The notes under the pieces were generated by a model. That model was not told the DNA's origin. It did not search any database and worked only from the letters and a program-made list of their open reading frames with translations. Below, piece after piece: positions 49,771-54,067 of a stretch of 54,067 bases of DNA. The position numbers and the translations under genes are program-made. Within the stretch, counting starts at the first letter, position 1, and every line of letters begins with the position of its first letter. The stretch is from Hyphochytrium catenoides (lineage: Eukaryota > Protista > Hyphochytriomycota): the NCBI GenBank assembly GCA_900088475.1, contig FLMG01001135.1, positions 1 through 54,067 on the forward strand, in the 5' to 3' direction.

Positions 49771-52700
49771 ATGGTAGGTCCTGAGTTACATGCGTGCGTA
49801 CACGCACACTATCGTTAGGTATCAATCCTGTTCGGAACCCTTACTAAGCCACCCATTGTACCTTCCTCTAGGGAAAGAAAAAGCCATTCATTGTAAAGAA
49901 GGAAGCTGCACACTTCCACTTGGTCCATCGCTCCCAGCGAGACCCCAAGTATTACGATGCTGACGCTCCCAAGTTCGTGATGGTTAGTGGAGAGCAGCAG
50001 GGTCACTTCTTCGATGGAGAAGAGCACTGGGAGGGTCGCGGAGACATAGACTATGAAGACATTGGAAACAGATTTATAGGAGACGAGGAAGAAGAGAAGG
50101 ACTACTTTGATGATGATGAAGAGGTACGGTTGCACCTTAACTTTTCGATTTTATTACCATGGCACAGCATCGTCGCTCTTGGCTCTTTATCTGCCCATCG
50201 GCCTTCACAGTGCATATCTCCATTCATGGCTACGAAGGTGTTTGCCTCATAGTAAGTGTAGATACAGCTAACCGCAGCTCTGGTGCAGCCTTCACTGAGC
50301 AGACGAAGAAGGAAAAAGAGAGGGATAAAGGGGGTAAAACAGTACGGGGACCAGGTAAATGAGCTTGGCATGCCAAATGATGGCTACGACTACAGCAAGC
50401 ATCTAAAGGAGATTGGTGAGTCATTGATTATTATGAAGATGCTTTGCTTCCCTTGCCGCTTTCACCGTTCAGATGAGATCTGGCTAGGAGCTATCTCCAG
50501 TCTCTTCCTCTCGTCATTGCCTTTGACCGGTCTCCTCATCCCTACCATGACTCTAGAGTGTTAATTGCATCGATGGTCCTTACACGTGCCCCTCGTCTTC
50601 TTTGGCAGGCAATGGAACGTTTTATAGCGCCGATGGTACGATAACGAGAGGTGGAGATGAACTCAGCCGCCGGGTGGAGCTACCGGAAGATGTACTGCCC
50701 TCCGCTGAGGAGGAGAGCAGAATGCTAGAAGCGATTACTATCCGAGACGGTAAGGGGGAACACATCACCTAGGAAATAATGGCGGCGAGGCAAGGAGAAG
50801 CCAGGAGACAGACCACCGCTGATGTCGGAGCTGCTGCTAGCACGAAAGAAGAGAGGTTAAGCTCGGTCCTGGGAGTGCGTGAGGGAGACTGCATGCTACC
50901 GGTGGTGCTCTTGCTGCTGGATGCTACCGGTGGCGCTCTTGCATTATATTCTGAAACTTCCTTTGTAGACGTGATGGACACAGACCTTCGGCAGGCTTTG
51001 TTTGAGGACACTCAGGATTTTGAAGAACTTGACGATAACTTCGTCGTTCAAGCAACTGCCGAGGGGGAAGAGGATGGGGAGCAAGAGTTCGACTTTCAGG
51101 CCCACATTGCCTCTTTAATGGCAGCAGCAGAGAGTAAGATCAGCTATCTCTTCTTTACCTTATATCTACCCTTGCATGTCAAAAATGTGTTTAGTGGTCG
51201 ACGGAGGTCTTCTTTGCACTTCATTCGCCCCATAACTTAGCCAGGGCCCAAACACTCATCGCGCAGGAGGTTCCTCCTCATTGCGCTTATGACGGGGTTC
51301 TATACATCCTCTGACTCTTCGTATGTTTAGAAAGAGGAGTTACCGCGAAACGAAAGAGTAGACTCCTTGATGAGTTCACTGATGATGATGAAGACGAGGA
51401 CACAGGTGACGAGGAGTACGAGCGTCACTCAGCTGATTTTGAGGAAGAGGATCCTCGACCACTTGGTACCGAGGAGCAGAAGCTTCTAGAAGAAAAGTTT
51501 GAAATGGTATACTGCTTCTTGGCTCATCGTCTCCTTCTTGAATTTCTCTTCTAGCTAATCTCTCTCTCTCTCTGTCTGTCTTTCCTTCGAAGCTCACCAT
51601 GATATCATCCGTATACTGTGTCCGAAGTGCTTCTATAGTGCTTCTGGCAATTCTAACCCTATCTCTTGCTTTGTAGGCCCTGCAAGAGTATGGCGAGGAG
51701 GATATCGGTGAGCTGGCAGACCCTGAGGAGGATCCGGAGGTAGCGGTAGGTTACCCGTCCGATGCTGCCCGCCATAAACTTCTACGTTCTTCCTCTCCTC
51801 TGGAGCTGTCTTTGCTTGTCTGCACCTGCCAAAAACTCTCTCTCTCTCTCTCTCTCTCGGAGGTCAGCTGTCCTTCCGTCTCGAAACTTGGTGTCCTATG
51901 TCATGCTAATACCCGTCTCCTAATAGGGGACCTTGGAACTCAACGATGATATCCTAGACTCGCTTCTGGAGGATGTCAACAAAATCAGCCAGCAGCTCAG
52001 TACCGTTGAGCTTGGTAAGGGAGTGAAGAGGAAAGATAAAAAGGGTGAAGGATTGAAGGAAGAGCCAGGTATGTACTTGTAGGCCTTAGAGCAATAATAG
52101 TCGCTCCACTGATATCTTCATTACTTTTTGTATGGACCCAAAACTCTCTTGTCACTTCGCTCTTGTTGCCTTCCATGGGGTTGGCAGAGCTGGGAACGAT
52201 TGAAGAAGACGCCATTTTTGATGAGGAGGAAGAAGAACCAGAGGAGCCTGAGACCGAGCGGCCTGAGGATTTCTTAGACGCCATTGAGTACCTGAAGAGA
52301 AAGCAAGAAGAAAAGGTGCCGGATCGTAGGTTGTTGAACTCGATATGCGAGTATTACTAACCCGTTGGCCGCCTCTCCTATCTTTGTTTGGTTGCGGTGT
52401 GACAGTGGGACTGTGAGACGGTTATTAGTTGCTACTCCAACCTGGACAATCACCCCAGGCTCCTGGATGACATCCCGAGAAGCAAAGGAAGAAAGAAGAC
52501 GAAGGTAATAGGGCAAGGCTGTTCCTCAAAGTTCATATGGTGCACGCGAGGGTGGGTACAGATGGCAGGAACGGACAAGCCAGAATGGAACTCCTGGGTG
52601 TAACGCTAGTCCAGATGGTGGAACGCAGTAGAAATGTCCGACATAGATATATATGACGACAGGCCTGGCAGCTTGTAAAGGTTGACGCTAATCTTAGATT

Positions 52701-53206
52701 TTCTTCCCAGGATGATGAGAAGATCAAGCTGTCAGGGGAAAGCGGCATCAAGTTGTCCACCAAGACAGGCATACCTCTGGAGGTCGTAAAGCAAGCCAAA
52801 AATACTGATGACATGTCTATTAGGTACAAAATTTGCAGCACGTTCTTGCGATGTCAAACGTTAGGCAGCTTCCAGGGATAAAAGTCAGAAATAATTTTGA
52901 CACCTTTGTCTTGCAGGGAAGCGGACAACCTGGGCGAGAAGAGAAAGAAGGGGGAAACAGCGCAAGAAAAACGGGAAAGAAAGGCCAAAATCAAAGAAGA
53001 ACGCAAGGTTAGAGATTATCCTTAAAGACTATGCCACAGTTGCCTGGTCGGACCCTTTACTTTCAAGTGGACACCTAACACGTCCTTCTTAGGAACGGAG
53101 AGCAAGTAAAAAAGAGCTTAAAAGTGCATTCAAGGCCCAGGAGACAACTCTGAAGAAGGACACTCTCAAGGGCTTGAGTGCTGGCCACTCCGTCTTCACC
53201 TATTAG
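49771..53206 (+). CDS. LTV1: LTV1 homolog, 40S ribosome biogenesis factor
   Basis: M|GKKKPFIVKKEAAHFHLVHRSQRDP, DGYDYSKHLKEIG, FEELDDNFV, EYGEEDIGEL, WDCETVISCYSNLDNHP, GETAQEKRERKAKIKEERK...KKELKSAFK; ends SVFTY*. Confidence 0.93.
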
Positions 53207-53302
53207 AGCGACAACGCTGAACCAAGCACAACTGCATTTTAGTCCAGTCCTTCCTAGTCTCTTCTCATGTACTATATTTAAATCACTGACCTTAAACCCT
53301 GC

Positions 53303-54067
53303 TTAGGGTTGTTCTGGCAGTGGATCGCTTACAAACGGGCTAAAGTACCTAAACAAGGATGTAATCACTAAGCACAGTCCCACTACTATTAAACAGCTTC
53401 CTAATGCTCTCAGCACTTTCTTCAGCGTCCTGTTCTTCAGTCTTTGCTTGTATTTCTTCAACAGTGAAAGGAGGAGGCAGAACCAGGTGGATATGCCCGA
53501 CGCCACACCGATGGCGAAGATTAGCGCAAAGACCTTTGTGAATTCAAGAAGCCCAGTACCATGCACTTTCCCGGCAGCAGCGGTAGTAGGATATATATAG
53601 GGGCACGAGGGAGATTGATTAGAGACATACCGTGTGGTCGAGGAGTAAGAAATGGACCGTCGTAAGATTTCCGACGCACGTCAAGACAAGTATGTTACAA
53701 TAAGGAGAGGTAAGGTCAGCCCCAGACAAGTGACGTAGCCTAGACTAGAGAGCTGTTTGAATGTTACCTGAAGCGATAGCTCCCGTGTAGGTGGCAAGGA
53801 GAGCTGGGTTGATGGCGGAGAGTGAGAGGCCAAAGAGCACATTTCGCCAAAAGTCCGCCACTCCATTTCCTGTACCCTTTTTTCCCTTTGAATGGCCGGG
53901 CAATTCCCGATCACTATTCTCAGCTGGAGGCTTGATTTCCAGCCGAATGAGGACGAAGCCAATGATGACTAAAACTGCTGCACCTAAGAGCTTGGTGAAT
54001 GGAAGAATGCCGTCGAAACGGGCAAGAATGCTGCCAAATCCCCAGAACGCTACGCCAGCATATGTCT
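53303..54067 (-). CDS. LysE/RhtB-family translocator, 5'-truncated by the window edge
   Basis: TYAGVAFWGFGSIL...KLLGAAVLVIIGFVLIR...FWRNVLFGLSLSAINPALL...|VHGTG...FAIGVASGISTWFCLL...KKVLRALGSCLIVVGL. Shows the LysE pattern: GA-x-L-xx-G helix, F..G...NP, and a C-terminal G...W helix. Confidence 0.78.

Noticed and set aside
53293-53310. Telomere-like taaaccct/ttagggtt sequence
   Set aside because: Single units only, overlapping a stop codon; expected by chance
1-54067. Alternative genetic code or Introner-type repeated introns
   Set aside because: Conserved genes translate cleanly with the standard code and use TAA, TAG and TGA as stops; no intron-to-intron similarity beyond microsatellites was visible by eye (an all-vs-all intron alignment would be decisive)

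Overview
Gene-dense, intron-rich eukaryotic nuclear DNA (roughly 50% GC by eye; mostly 50-400 nt GT-AG introns with degenerate donors; many GA/CT microsatellites). Gene content and style suggest a protist, probably a stramenopile, but this is inference only. Gene models were spliced by hand, in order: DGAT2-family acyltransferase (+); DNPH1/Rcl-like nucleotide N-glycosidase (-); intronless SIM+UBZ protein (+); bacterial-style SWIM zinc-finger protein (-); PH-domain membrane protein (-); full-length ABCB1/MDR transporter (+); EF-hand protein (-); GT60 GlcNAc-transferase (+); Arb2/FAM172A-AGC kinase fusion (+); TM9SF protein with an assembly gap (+); eIF4G (+); giant helical-SPRY-DUF4246 protein (-); LTV1 (+); partial LysE-family exporter (-). 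No rRNA, tRNA, CRISPR array or transposase was recognised. The best leads are four: (i) a DNPH1 homolog with paired substitutions at the two residues that read the 5-hydroxymethyl group, next to UBZ and SWIM genes; (ii) an AGC kinase whose N-terminal module is an apparently inactive Arb2 fold; (iii) a SPRY-fused DUF4246 oxygenase fold lacking its putative iron-ligand His residues; (iv) a duplicated and silenced splice donor. All exon boundaries are manual predictions, and several 5' ends are uncertain.
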